From Eledone cirrhosa (Eukaryota), in contig OZ024743.1 of the NCBI GenBank assembly GCA_964016885.1, positions 29,264,001 through 29,328,000 of the forward strand: 64,000 nucleotides of DNA, given 5' to 3'. Below are positions 27,653 through 41,275 of the stretch, piece after piece. The position numbers and the translations under genes are program-made. Within the stretch, counting starts at the first letter, position 1. Every line of letters starts with the position of its first letter. The notes under the pieces are model-generated. The model worked only from the letters and a program-made list of their open reading frames with translations. It was not told the origin of the DNA and did not search any database.

Positions 27653-28758
27653 AGTTGATAACACTCTATTTTACAGACACACATGCATACCTATTTACTC
27701 TCATGTTCCTCACAAAGAGAAACCCAGCCTCATATACAGACACGAAAACACATAAAGTCTATATATTAATATATACATGCACACAAAGACCCACGAAGAA
27801 ACACGAAATGCATATATAAGAATGAATACATGTGCATATATATGAATGAATACATACGAATCTATGTGAGTCTGTGTCAAAAAAGGTGAAAAAGGGAGAG
27901 AAATAGATTAACAAACTGCAAGAAAAGGAGAGATAAGGAGAAAAATAGATTGAAGAGATTGGATGGGAAAGATTACTGATCTATTTTGTGTCATTTTGCT
28001 CTATTATAATATCAGTATTTTACTCCTCGTCACGTGTCTTATCACACTCTAATAGTCGCTTCAGTTTTTCTACAAGTAGCTTCTCTATTTCGTCCTTTTC
28101 TACAGGGAGTATGTTCATATATTATTTTGGGATAAATCTGAGGTTATAATTGTTCCAAAGGTGAGAAATTATGATGTTGTTTTCTCACAAAACAACTGAA
28201 ACTATCCCAATATTGTTAAAAACGTAACTCATAAAACAAAACAATATCATATAATATACAACACATTTAACTAGACACTCATTATAAATAAATTCCTCTA
28301 CTTAATCTTCTATATTTTCCCGTTGTAAAAACCAATAAAGTATCAAATCAAATCTGAACTACTTGAGACACATATCTAGAACAAAAACGAGAAGTTACAA
28401 AACATACAGTGCCCACACAGAAAACTGGTATCCACTAACTATAAACTGTTTTTTTAAATAAGCTCATATTTTCCCAATATAAAATTCCAGATATTATAAT
28501 TAAAATAACCACATACCCTGTTCCAGATACGACATGCATCCTTAGTCTGCAGCTGTCAAGATTACCTTTCATGACGAAGAGTATTATGAGATTATGCATA
28601 ATAATTCTGTTGAATTGTACAGCTTCCCCTGTTAATTATACAGTTTTATCTTGATACAGAGAGATAAGGTGTGTAATGTTGTAATTAATATAGTTGGTGC
28701 AACAATGAGCCCTTTAGCTGTACAATGGTTTACAGTCACGGCGTAATCTTTATCATTA

Positions 28759-29100
28759 CGCCATACTTTACAGCATAGAGTTACGGCCCTATATGATCTG
28801 AGTTCAAATCCCGCCGAGGTTAACTTTGCTTTTCATCCTTACGGGGTCGATAAAATAAAGTACCAGTAATATATTGGAATTATTTCTGGCCTTGTGCAAA
28901 AAGTAGAAACAATTATTAGAAAATATTCTAATAATGTGGATTGGCAGTATCGGTAGAGCGTCCGACAACACGCTTTGTGGCATAGAATTACGTCTCTTTA
29001 CGAGGTTAACAGTGCCTTTTCATTCTTACAGGTCGATAAAATAAAGTACCAGTAATGAACTAGGGTCGATTTAATCGACTTTTATGTCACACAAAATTGT
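28759..29100 (+). mobile_element. two adjacent SINE family A copies
   Basis: Copies at about 28759-28918 (short, 5'-truncated) and 28937-29100 (long, internally deleted). Confidence 0.85.
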
Positions 29101-29933
29101 ATATGTGTGTGTGTTTAATACTCTGAGGCCTAACCTACATAACGAATGCACAAACACACTCACAGACACATACACAGTCCGTGGTCGTGGTGGTTTACTA
29201 TAGTTGACTATAAAAATATTATTTTAGATAAAATCTTATATTGTTTAAATCCAAATGAAAATAAAAATCACATGTTGACATGTCCTGGGTCTAATGCCAT
29301 TACCTTGTAAAATTTGATTTGATTTGGTCCAGCTGTTAGAGAATGCATAGGAACAGACAGAGACAAAGAATTATATATATATATATATATATATATAGTG
29401 AAAGAGTGAAAAATAACATGGTCGGCTGTACAAAAGGGTTTTAGTTACTGTATTAACAATTGGTTCATTGATCAGGTGAGTCTAAAGGCCGTTAATCACT
29501 AGAAATTGCGTCACTCGACCTTAAATAGAGTGTGTGTCTCTGATCAACTCATCCTCTAACTGGATAACCTTAAACGATACCTTGTTATCCTATATATGTA
29601 CACACACACACACACACACACATATAAATAAAATAATAATTTTATATATATAAAATAAGAAATAAAAAAAGAATTTTACTTCTCGCTCTATCACAGCTGA
29701 TACATAAAAGTAAGTAAGTATGTATACGTACACACACACACACATATATATATATACACACATATTTGTATATATGTACGCACACACATATATACATATA
29801 CATATGTACGTATAGGTTATATCAAACATTAATAGTAATGTTCGATTCGTTTGTAAACAAAGGAGCCCGTTTAGAAGCTGTGCCGTGTCGGTGACCGATT
29901 GTCACCTGTTTGTTCAACACTGGCTTTGAGGAA

Positions 29934-29974
29934 CAATCAACATATTTCTGGGTCATTACCCTTCATCATGACTG
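29934..29974 (-). ncRNA. decayed type I hammerhead motif
   Basis: Minus strand reads CAGTC-ATGATGA-AGGGTAATGACCCA-GAAA-TATGTT-GATTG. Stem I CAGTC/GATTG is retained but the core is mutated. Confidence 0.5.
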
Positions 29975-31109
29975 TTTACGTCTCTGCCAATGTGTTGAAC
30001 GTTTGAAAATATATAGTATTTTCTTAAGTGTACGTCGACTGAGTAGCCTCATTTGCATACCGTCTGAGTTGCGGCTGGCTTTGCAGAATATTAAAAAAGA
30101 TTTATATATATAAATATATAAATAAATATATATATAAATATATATATATATATATTTATATATATAAAGGCAAAATTGAACACGGAACAGTGAAACTTGT
30201 GCGTCGAATGAACAAAACTATATAACCTCCACATCGGCCTCCAATTAGACAATGTAAGGTTGGGTTTGCATAATATTTCGTCAAGGTTGCACGCCAACTG
30301 GAGGAGGCCACCGGAAAAATACATATGAGACTATAAAACAGAGACCCGTAAACAAACAATAACAACTAAAAACAGGACCAGAGAACGGTACATAAGTGTA
30401 GAGAAAACAGCCGACATAACCTATCTTGTCTCTTTTGATGCCGTGTGGCGAAAGAAAGAATAACAAATACCGAAATTTAGGGATGTAGCTGAGCATGTGT
30501 CAGAGAGGGGAGGGAGAAGACTAGAAGAAAGAAAGGGACAAAAGGGCAGAACAATGAGAAAGTGAAAGAGATAAAAGAGATACTTAAAGGCGAGACAGTG
30601 ACAGCAAATAGTAGCTGCACATGTAAAAGTGAAACACGAGGAACGAACAAACGACATATCTTCCTATACAGCCATACTTGGAACAATGGAGTCTCAAGCG
30701 TAAGGATGGAATTGCATAATATTACTCCCACATAACATGGTTATCCGAACGGGCATCCAGGAAGAACACATGATACACTACAATAAGGTTCAGACATATT
30801 TTTATTTAAAAAAATATCATATCCTCGTTCCTCTTCAACTGCATGTTTTTCTCTCTCCCATCACAACTCTCACAGAACGTTCATTTTTTATACATCATTT
30901 GCTATATATCTCAACAGTATACATATTCTAGTTCCCACCACCATACAAATACAACGTTAATTCTTTCCACATCATTTTTTTATGTGAAAAAGTCTCCTTC
31001 TTTCCCGAGTTGGGATATGGGACACGATACACTTTTGTTCATAGAATATTCAGGAATAGATTTTAATTTTTAAGTCAGCTTATCAAGAACCACAAACAAA
31101 CAAACCTTC

Positions 31110-31166
<57 letters not shown>

Positions 31167-31664
31167 TAGAGAGAGAGAGAGAGAGAGGAGGGGTCTGCTG
31201 TTTTATTTCTCAATTTATTTTTGTTGGATAAGTGATAGCATGAAATGAATGATTGGTGAATATATAAACGGTCCTTGTGAAAGAAAAAGACAGACAACAA
31301 TGGGAGATGTGGTGGAGAAGCGCAGAGAAAATATTGGAGATTTATGAGAAAGGGAAGTTAGAACACAAGAATAGGCGAGGGAGATAGTGAAAACAATGCC
31401 TAATAAACTTTGTAAAGATTTTGTATCAATTTTTAAGCCATGTGAAACGATAAGGAAAAGCAAGTAGATAGATAAACAAGGCAGAGGGCAGTAATAAAAA
31501 GAAAGGTATATACGAACATTATTTTAGGATATAATATAAAATATGTGAAACTTTAGTTAAAAATACGAAATACTTGCAAGTGGTAAAGTCATGTTAAATC
31601 CTCCGTCAGTTCGAATGAGCATTTACGGGTTCGAATAACTGAAGATCCAGCTCGTGAAATTAAT

Positions 31665-31864
31665 GATTTCTAGTATAGGCAAAAGGCCATTAATTTGGGA
31701 GAGGGGAAAGTCTCTTGAATCGATCCCAGTGCAATCGACTGGTGCTTTATTTTATCGACCCCGTAAGCTAACCCCGGCGGAATTTGAACTCAGACCGTAA
31801 AAGACCGTAACTCTATGCTGCAAAGCATGGCGTCCAACTCTACCGATACTGCCAATCCACCGCC
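31665..31864 (-). mobile_element. SINE family A, long form
   Basis: TSD CTC(G/C)TGAAATTAAT on both sides; inserted into an older SINE. Confidence 0.88.
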
Positions 31865-32142
31865 CTAACAACTCCTGAAATTAATATGAAATATTCCTTA
31901 AGCACGTGTACTTTTAACGTAATTCAAAGCTGAATCAACGTGCCAAAATCTTACCTTTCAATTACAGGCAGATTCCAACTGACGGGCTTCTACACAGTTT
32001 CTCCCACAAGACTTGGATCAACTCAAAGCTTTGGTATGAGAGACTTGCCCAAGACACCACGCTGTGGGATCCAGCCCGTGACCTTATGATTGTGAAGTGA
32101 ACTTCTTAAATATTCGGCCATGCTGCGTTCGCGGTACAGTCA

Positions 32143-32326
32143 TAATTGTTTCTACTTTTGGCACAAGGTCAGCAAATACCCAGTGTATTACTGGTGCTTT
32201 ATTTTATCGACCTCGTAACGATGAAAGCAAAGCTAACCTCTGCGGGATTTGAAGTTAGAACGTAAAGGGTCATAACTCTATGCGGAAAAGCATGGTGTCT
32301 GACGCCCTACCGATACTGCCAATCCA
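32143..32326 (-). mobile_element. SINE family A, short form
   Basis: Matches the family consensus. Confidence 0.88.
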
Positions 32327-33697
32327 TTAAAACACATATAATGTCATATTTGGTGTTGATTTATTTTGTAAAGTTCGTCAATTGTGCTATTCCACAAAGA
32401 AAATGATTGATCTTCCCTCCCTCAGGAATTCGGTCGACTTTTCATGAACTTCCACATAGTTTCCTCTTACCCAATTTCATTCACAAATCTTGAGTCAACC
32501 GAGCTGATGCTATAGCAAAAGTCACTGGAATCAAACCTGAGACCTCATGATTGTGAATCCAATATTTTAAACGACTCAGTCATCACCAAATTACATTGAA
32601 ACAGATTATCAACTTTTGACACGCAATAATATATATTACAAAATATAATAAAAGTGGATTCAAAACACATATAACGACATACGTGTTCTTAATGATAAAA
32701 AAAACAAAACTTTCTTATAACATTACCTCGATATAGTTATATTACATTCAACAGGCGTCCTAGGAACAGATACACTTCTGAAATATATATATAAATAACA
32801 TTAGTATATATATGTGTGTTAGGAGTAGTATCACTACTTAATAATATAAAAAAAATATTTCAGTGAAATAATTATTGTAAAATAATATTAAAAAATGTGT
32901 GAGTTTGAGGGGGAATAATACGGGAAAAAAAAGAAATTAATCACGGATGAAAACCACTACATAATAACAGTAAAATCTGTTTTGAGTGAAATAATATATA
33001 ATAGAATAAATGTGAAATTGGAAAAAATAAATAAAAAACATATTCAGAACAATTGAATCGCAATAATAAATAATTTGAAAATTGTATGGACTGTAGATAT
33101 TTTGAAGGATGTCTTTTTAATGATGTTTAATGAGAATGTTTGATGTAGTGGTATTGATAGTGTTGGCAGTAGTTGTAGTTATAGAGATTGTAGTGATTGT
33201 GATTGTTGTGGTATTTGCGTTATTTTTAATAGTGATAGTGGTGGTAACGGTGATAGGGACTAGTGGCTATAATTTGAGGTGTTCAGTCGGTATATTGGCC
33301 CGAGTTCTAGACAGCCAAGAAGCGGCCCTTGAATATCTGACGACTCCCAAATATTAAAATAAATCTCAATCTCCTTGAGTCATGTTCTATCATGCAACAT
33401 TACTTTCAGAAATCCTACTAGTTCTGGTTTGTCTCAGTTGATATTTTGCTGTTGGTGTAGTTGGGTTACTGTTGTTCCTGTTTAGCCCCATGTTAATCCT
33501 GATCGAGTAGAACTACAATCACAGACAGACCAGCCGAGACCATCCTGTTTTCTTCTTACAGATAAAACATTTTGGACTGCACTTTATTAAAAAAAATATT
33601 TTCAATAAGATAGGATGCAATCTAAGAGACATTTATTTGCTGTGTTCTAAGACAGAATTACATTATCCAGTATGTCCTTCCGTTCTAGGAGATAGGG

Positions 33698-33889
33698 CAG
33701 AACTGCCAACCTCTAAAGACCCAACGGGGATTACCATGAAAAAAGGGCCCCAAAATGGGGTTAAATGAGGCAAAATGGGAGATTTTACATAATGAAAGCT
33801 ATACCCATTTTCACAAGAGAAGACATCACTCACTCACCCCAATGTGGGTGGGAGATCTCCTCGTCGGACGGAGAGAGTTGCTAAGTCTG
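33698..33889. mobile_element. diverged hAT-like MITE
   Basis: Imperfect TIR CAGAACTGCCAACCTCT / AGAGTTGCTAAGTCTG. Flanks AGATAGGG / CTATAGGG match a TSD at 6 of 8 positions. Confidence 0.55.
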
Positions 33890-34518
33890 CTATAGGGCGT
33901 GCTTTGAGAGATATATGGCATCTAGTATATTATATATGTAGGCCAAATCGGGATCTAAATTCAGAAGACTAAGATTTAGAAGTATTATCACAAGATAGAG
34001 GGTTCTTTATTTATCGATTCCTCAAAGACGAAAGGAGGTTTTTGAACTCAGAACACAAGAAACGGGAATAAGTAAGCAGGACATTTTGTTTGGTGCTGTA
34101 ACACTTCTGGCTACTCGTTGCCCATATTATGGGTTATCAGAGTTCATTGAATAAACCGACAGGTTTAATTGACGTTATCAGTGATAAATTTAATGTTTTG
34201 GGCCCCTCATTATTCGGGTAGGCAGAACGACAAACCTAGTCTTTCTCTATCTCTCTTTCACTATCACTCTCCATACCTTCCCCTCTCCTTTCCTCTCTTT
34301 AAGATGTAAGGCAAGAGCCCGAAACATTAGATACTTTACTTCCACCTTAGTTGAACTTGCAGGACTCTTCAAAGAAAATTAACGTTTTTTTTAAAATTAA
34401 TTTTTGTGCTCTATCTTTTTCAGACATTTGATGGACAGATTCAACTGAACGACACTAAATTATTCTAATTGGATATAGTAGAGGCGGTAGAGAAAATAAT
34501 GTTGATAGTAGTAGTAGC

Positions 34519-34595
34519 AGTAACACTGCTACCATAATCACTCACACCACCACTCCGACGATGACCGCAACTACCACCGCTAGTAGTAGTAGTAG

Positions 34596-34644
<49 letters not shown>

Positions 34645-34719
34645 GTTGCTGCTGCTAGCGGTGGTGGTCGTGGTCATCGCCGTAGTGTTAATGTGAGTGA
34701 TTATGGTAGTAGTGTTACT
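34519..34719. repeat. palindrome centred on a (TAG)n/(CTA)n switch
   Basis: 34519-34583 is a diverged reverse complement of 34655-34719, and the microsatellite flips orientation at about 34596. Confidence 0.88.
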
Positions 34720-34930
34720 ATTAGTAGTAGTAATGATTATTGTGGTGGTAGTAGCAGCAAATAAGGTAATGATGGTGGGCCTTATGTTAGTAATGGCATT
34801 CATCTTTGTTGTAAGGGTGGTAGTGGTACTGGTGGTGATAATTGCAGTGGTGGTGGTAATAGTAGTGACTGCGATTGGGATAATAATATTGATGCTGATG
34901 GTAATGGTTACTGTTATGAGCGATAATAAT

Positions 34931-35228
34931 TGTTTCTATATTTGGCACAAGGCCGGCAATTATACCAGTGTATTACTGGTACTTTATTTTATCGACCCCG
35001 TAAGGATGAAAGGCAATGTTAACCTCGGCGGGATTTGAACTCAGAATGGCAAGGGACGTAACTCTTTGCTGCAAAGTATGGCATCCGACCCTCTATCGAT
35101 ACTGCTAATCCACCGCCGATAATAATTGTTTCTACTTTAGGCACAAGGCCAGCAATTACCCAGTGCATTACACGTACTTTATTTTATCGACCCCGTAAGG
35201 ATGAAAGGCAAAGTCAACCTCGGCGGGA
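34931..35228 (-). mobile_element. SINE family A: full copy plus 5'-truncated tandem copy
   Basis: Copies at 34931-35116 and 35127-35228. CGATAATAAT occurs at 34921, 35117 and 35249. Confidence 0.9.
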
Positions 35229-35722
35229 TATAATTCCGCCATTATTATCGATAATAATGGCGGAATTATAGAGAATATGGTTGTATTAGTAGTGGTAATC
35301 GTATTAGTGGTTACAGTTGTGTAATTAATGATAGTGGCGATGGCGTCTGTTGGTATTCTAGTAGGAGTGTTGATAGTAGAACTAGTAGTAGTAATGGTGG
35401 TGGTGGTGGCGTAGACAGTGGTAGTAGTAGTAGTAGTAGTAGAGATGATAGTAGTGGTTGTGATTAGGATAGCAGAGGACATGTTAATGATGATAGTAGA
35501 TGTGGAACTTATTAGTGGCTATGATATAAATGGAGTTAGTATAAAAAGCTTTGATGCTAATGTTAATAGTAATAGTAGTGACCAAAATGTTTGCAGTAGT
35601 TAGTAGGGTGTAGTTATTTGTTGCGCGGGGTATTAGTGGGAATAGTAGTCTGTTTGTGTGGCAGTGGAGGTTGAACTGGTTTGTGTGCTAGTGCTAATTG
35701 TGGATATTGTATTGTTGGCTGT

Positions 35723-36019
35723 GGCGGCGTGTGGCCCAGTTGTATGGGTTTGGGATATACGGTGATAATATCATGGATTCGATTCCTCGGCTAGGTTGCG
35801 TGTTTTGTTCTTGAGCAAGACACTTCATTTCACGTTGCTCCAGTATACTCAGCTTAAAATGTCTACCAGCAATAGCTGCAGATTTAACCCTGCAATGGGC
35901 GGGCGTCCAGTCCAGTCCAGGGTAGGGGTCTGGTACTCTCATGCGCTTTACGCCAGGAAACCGGGATAAGCACCGGCCTAACAAACATTAAATGGCTTAA
36001 GACGGACTTTAGACTTTAG
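35723..36019 (+). mobile_element. tRNA-headed SINE with V-domain-like centre
   Basis: tRNA-like head, TTGAGCAAGACACTT, AACCCTGCAATGGGCGGGCGTCCAGTCCAG, GAAACCGGGATAAGC and a (GACTTTA)2 tail. Confidence 0.75.
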
Positions 36020-36338
36020 ATTAGATGTTGTTAGTTGGTATAGCAAGAGGTGTGATCGTAGTGGTGGGTGTAGTTATGGTGGTTGCAGTGGTTTTACTGG
36101 TTGTGGTAGTTGTGAGAAAACCATTGCTGTTGTGATAATATAGAAAATGATGGCGCTACAAAATATAGTTTCTTCATTATTGTGATGAAAACGATAAAGA
36201 TATTGAAGTAACCAACACTTCATAAAGTCTTCTAGCAATTATCTTTAATGGAAAATTTGTTTTCACACTCTAGTATCAGATTAATGATGATTCCATCGTG
36301 CGTACGAAAGTTTGTGATGTGCCTGTGCATGGCATGGC

Positions 36339-36372
<34 letters not shown>

Positions 36373-36373
36373 C

Positions 36374-36414
<41 letters not shown>

Positions 36415-36417
36415 CAA

Positions 36418-36458
<41 letters not shown>

Positions 36459-36713
36459 CCCATGTATCTAACTGTCCCTCATGCGACCAAACTAATCATA
36501 GCAAAACCAAAAATTACTCAGCTAATGAAGAAGTTAAAATTTCAATACATTAACGGAACTATGAAAAAGTGTAAAATATTTGCGAAGTTTGCCTCGTATA
36601 GATCCACACACAAACGTATAGAATTACTAACATGTTCATATGCTTAGGGCTACACTTATGTATCCACACATGGAACGAAATTACTTATATGCATTCATAT
36701 GTTCATTCATACA

Positions 36714-36803
<90 letters not shown>

Positions 36804-38865
36804 CATACGTAAATACATGCATACGTAGACACAATCATGGATACGTATATCCATACATACGTTCGTACGTACATAAAACATATACACACAGAGACACTAA
36901 TTGATTAATTTAATTAGAAAATTCTATTGATTGGTTAATTGTTTATGTTTGTTTAATAACATCTAGTTGAGAGCTTTTATTCGGTTTGTGTAAAGAATTT
37001 AAATTTTGAATTCGACCGCCAAGAACGGGGGTTACCCCCCTTCGGAGAAACCACATGACTACTATCAGTGTTTACTACTAGTTCTTGCAACCGGCGGTGG
37101 CAGAACGAAAACTTGTTGACGAAGTAAATTCCACTGTTCTATCTTCCAAAGACTAGGTAAGTGTCAAACATTTCCGTGAGTCGGTTTTTTCGTTGTTCTG
37201 GTCTTAGTGGCTCGCATTTCGCTGGCTGGCTTCAATTTGCATAGCTGTCTAAATGTCATGTTGTAACTCTAAGGTAAAATTCCTTATTGAGTGCTTTTGG
37301 CTGCACTTCCCGACAGCATTCGTTAGCTTGCACGCAACCAGAACTTCGATTATGCTGTACTACCTTCTTGTATATATCTAGGTATGTAGAAACATACATG
37401 CGTGTGAGGATTGGACATCCCTCGGTTCCGACGATGAATGTTCCAACTCTTCAAACAACAGAACAGCCTGCTTATGAAATTAGCATGCCAATGATGCTGA
37501 TTTTGCTGTTATTTCTAGCAGGCAGGCAAGCTACGTTGAGGCTCCATTGCTGGTTCGATATGTAGTCATTGTTGTTTGCGAAGTTTAGGTTGATCGAAAA
37601 AGCCTATGAACAAAATAAGTCCGCCTGTTACCTTCATATCTTTTAATGAGGTATGGTGTACATAGAACTACATGACTCAATGTGTTCAGTATTCTTATAA
37701 CGGGATGCAGAGATACAGTGAAAAACATAGCTGCTATTTTTAGCGGATCGAATGGCAATTTTACTTAAGGGCTCCGCCAATTTTACTTAAAGGCTTTGTA
37801 TAGACATGTACACATGTAAGTTAAATACTACTTCATGATATAAATATGACAAATAAATAAATAAGTATATACATAACGAAATAAACGCACCACTAAACAA
37901 AATGCACATAAACTGAAGCCCCTATTTTATAACGTTATATATCTAACAATTTCATAAATGCTCGACGCAGCTGAGCTATTTTAAAATGAAGTTATCCAAA
38001 TGGAACAAACGCATCCATTACGAAAATTATAAAATATTCGGCTGTTTTACTCCAAGGTCTTTCGGTCATGTCATAAATTCCCAGGTGGGTTTTTGCCATT
38101 TTATTTGCATATTGCAAATATCAAATGGGTAATATGAAAATTAGAAAAGTAAATTTATATAAGAAGTTCTACTGTAATAACAGGATAATAGAATTGAAAT
38201 GTTATTGCAGTCATGAAATATTATTGGTGTTCAGAATATACGTCACATGCGCATATATATATAAAATATACACTCATATTTATATATACGCATGCTCATA
38301 CACTCACTCACGCATATAGAAACACACACACAGACATATAAAGATAGACGTACTTGTATAGACACACACACACAGACACACATACATATGTTTATATATA
38401 TATATATATATGTTTATATTTCTTTGTATACACACACTTACAGACACGCACGCACACACACAAACACACATACAGACAGACACACACACGCACACACACA
38501 CATATATATAGGTACGTGTGAGTGTGTGCGTATGTATAAATGTATGTGCTTATTTGTGTATGTATGCGTGTGTGTATCTGAAAGTATTTCAATCTCTTAA
38601 TTGAAGTCTTCTGTGTGTAGATGATTGTGACTTATACAAATTGTAGTAGTTTATATTTCTGCATTTGGAGTAAGAATTTACTTAGAACGGATCGTTGTAA
38701 TGTTCCAGCCTGCCCCAGGAAATACGTATATGAAACGATCTTAGGTCATGTAACAGAACTGAACTAATAACTCCATCTTTTTATTTTTATTTTTACTTTT
38801 ATTGCGGAAGTCCGATCAACTGGTTCATTCTATCAGCAGGTAAACCAGTGCATGGTGCACTTACG

Positions 38866-38945
<80 letters not shown>

Positions 38946-38950
<5 letters not shown>

Positions 38951-39088
38951 TCTACTTTAGGCACAAGGCCAGCAATAAATCAGTTCATTACTGGTACTTT
39001 ATTTTATCGACCCCGTAAGGATGAAAGGCAAAGTCAACCTCGGCGGGATTTGAACTCAGATCGTAAAGGGACGTAACTATGCTGGAAA

Positions 39089-39091
<3 letters not shown>
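38946..39091 (-). mobile_element. SINE family A, 5'-truncated, within (TA)n
   Basis: Family consensus flanked by (TA)n on both sides. Confidence 0.88.
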
Positions 39092-39178
<87 letters not shown>

Positions 39179-39180
<2 letters not shown>

Positions 39181-39229
39181 CTCTTTTACTCTTTTACCTG
39201 TTCCAGCCAACCGGCTGAGGCCATGCTGG
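39179..39229 (-). mobile_element. isolated 3' tail of the CR1-group LINE family seen at 61534-62298
   Basis: Minus strand CCAGCATGGCCTCAGCCGGTTGGCTGGAACAGGTAAAAGAGTAAAAGAGTA is nearly identical to 62249-62300. Confidence 0.85.
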
Positions 39230-39264
39230 AATGTAGAGAAGTGAGACACGAGTTGATATATATA

Positions 39265-39629
39265 TAAATAGTAAAAAAAGAAAAAAGAAACAGTAGGAAA
39301 TTCCAAATTGTTTCAGCTGATACGCTTTTTGCATATGAATAAGAATAATAAGAATATGGGGGAAAAATGTGTTTTTACATACATATTTAGGGGGAAAAAG
39401 ATGAACTTTTCTCCCTAAATATGTATATAAAAAAAATCCCACCCCCCTATTCTTATTATTCTTATTAATATGCAATTGAATTGCATTATACACTGCCGTT
39501 GTTGAAGGGCGTATCAGCTGAAACCGGTACAATTAAATGCGGAAATTCCTATTTAATAAATGTTTTGATATTATTCTGAGAGAAAATCCCTTTAGCATTT
39601 TCTACCGTTTTTTTCTGTTTTACTATTTA
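39265..39629. repeat. imperfect palindrome with a decayed hammerhead in the right arm
   Basis: Arms mirror around about 39403. 39498-39533 reads GTTG-TTGAAGG-GCGTATCAGCT-GAAAC-CG-GTA-CAAT, and a partial inverted copy lies at about 39306-39327. Confidence 0.8.
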
Positions 39630-39748
39630 TTACACACACACACACACACACCCACCCACCCACCCACACCCACACACCCACACCCACACACACATACACA
39701 CGCACACATACACACACACGCACGCACACACGTATATATATATGTATA

Positions 39749-39847
39749 CAGGGTGTCTCCAAAAATGTATACACACATTGATTACCTGTTCAATCAATAT
39801 TTATTAGAATGCTGTGGTAGTGTCTATACATTTTTTGTGACACCCTA
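39749..39847. mobile_element. Tc1/mariner-type ~99-bp MITE
   Basis: TA|CAGGGTGTCTCCAAAAATGTATACACAC ... GTGTCTATACATTTTTTGTGACACCCTA|TA. Confidence 0.82.
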
Positions 39848-39853
39848 TATATA

Positions 39854-39886
<33 letters not shown>

Positions 39887-40621
39887 GTATGTGTGCATGA
39901 AAACACAGAGAGAGAATAAAATAACTAACATTTTGTAAGAATTATAATTTTATTTAAAACTTCAGATGTATCTGCATTAAATTTATCTCAAATATATCAA
40001 ATAATTTCATTGACAGAGCTTTCGAAAAGTCGTCGGCCTTTGACAGGATTTTAACATAGAACACAGGTTATTGAAATATATATCGACGGTCTAACCACTC
40101 TGCCAATTTATCTGGAATATAGTAGCATAGAATAGACAGGACAAGGCATGAATTATTAGATACACAAAATGGATTGTAAACAGAGAATAATGACATGAAA
40201 ATAAAGCTCATAAAAATTCATAACTGCACAGTATGAATAGGTTAGGTATTTATATGTTTTTGGAAAGATACAAACAAGAAAATGATAGTTTTCTATCGTC
40301 TCTTGGATATTGAATTATTTCTCTTTTTCCTACTCCTCAAGTCCAAATTATGCTGGTTGGGGGTGGGGTGGGGGAACACTTAGCCAGATATATTGCTACA
40401 GAGTAGTACCGTGCATATCATGGCTTAGATTAGCTGGGCAACTGAATTCTGAAACCAAATTGGTTGCAGTTGTAAACACGAAAGCAAATAATTTTAATCA
40501 GGGAACGAAATCGTGTCACAATGATATTTTGTGGGTGGTAAATAATATATTTTATTGCGGCTTAGTAATTGTCATACATATTGTAAGCGTTATATCATTT
40601 TAGTGTAGTGAAGATTTATAT

Positions 40622-40840
40622 TAGTTTCTGATTTAAGTACAAGGCCAACAATTCGGAGAAACGGGAAAGTCGATTAAATCGACTTCAGTGTATTACTGTT
40701 ACTTTATTTTATCGACGCCGTAAGGATGAAAGGCAAAGTTAACCTCGACAGGATTTGAACTCAGACAGTAAAAAGCTGTAAATCTATGCCATAAAGAATA
40801 TTGTCCCACGCTTCACACCGATACTGTCAATCCAGCGCCC
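40622..40840 (-). mobile_element. SINE family A, long form
   Basis: TSD GTG(A/G)AGATTTATATT on both sides. Confidence 0.88.
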
Positions 40841-40919
40841 TTGGTGGAGATTTATATTGGCATTAATTTTAAGTTGGTATCAAAACAAAACAAGTGGTTC
40901 AAAGAAAATTTAGCTTGAG

Positions 40920-41275
40920 AAGAATGGAACGTAAAATAAGAAAATATATAGAAAAAGAGAAAAGAAAACGGAAAAGGGAGGGAATGGCAAGGACTCTAGT
41001 GTCACAGAAGAATGGGGTAGAGGGTAGGATGATTGGTCACTGCGACTAGTGCGCGGAGGTAAACGTGTTGCGCCCCACGGACAAGAGCACAAATACATTC
41101 CTGCGGGCAATGGCCAGTGACACCCGCTGCAACAGCCACCCCACCTCGTGGGTTTCCTTCTTCAGACGGGCCGCCGACGTTCCGATCTTGCGGAGAAGCT
41201 CGGCTGTACCGGGTCCAAGTAAGCCTGAGGTTTCGATGGTGACCGGTGTGAAGAGTAAGCAGCCTAACATTCCCC
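40920..41275 (-). mobile_element. CRE-like retrotransposon 3' end (same family as 14695-15600)
   Basis: Reads FTPVTIETSGLLGPGTAELLRKIGTSAARLKKETHEVGWLLQRVSLAIARRN. The 3' UTR (TGTGACACTAGAGTCCTTGCC) is shared with 15555-15580. Confidence 0.85.

Noticed and set aside
33130-33357. Hydrophobic Val/Ile-rich ORFs resembling membrane proteins (also 34697-35038)
   Set aside because: They are products of GTN-rich low-complexity trinucleotide sequence.
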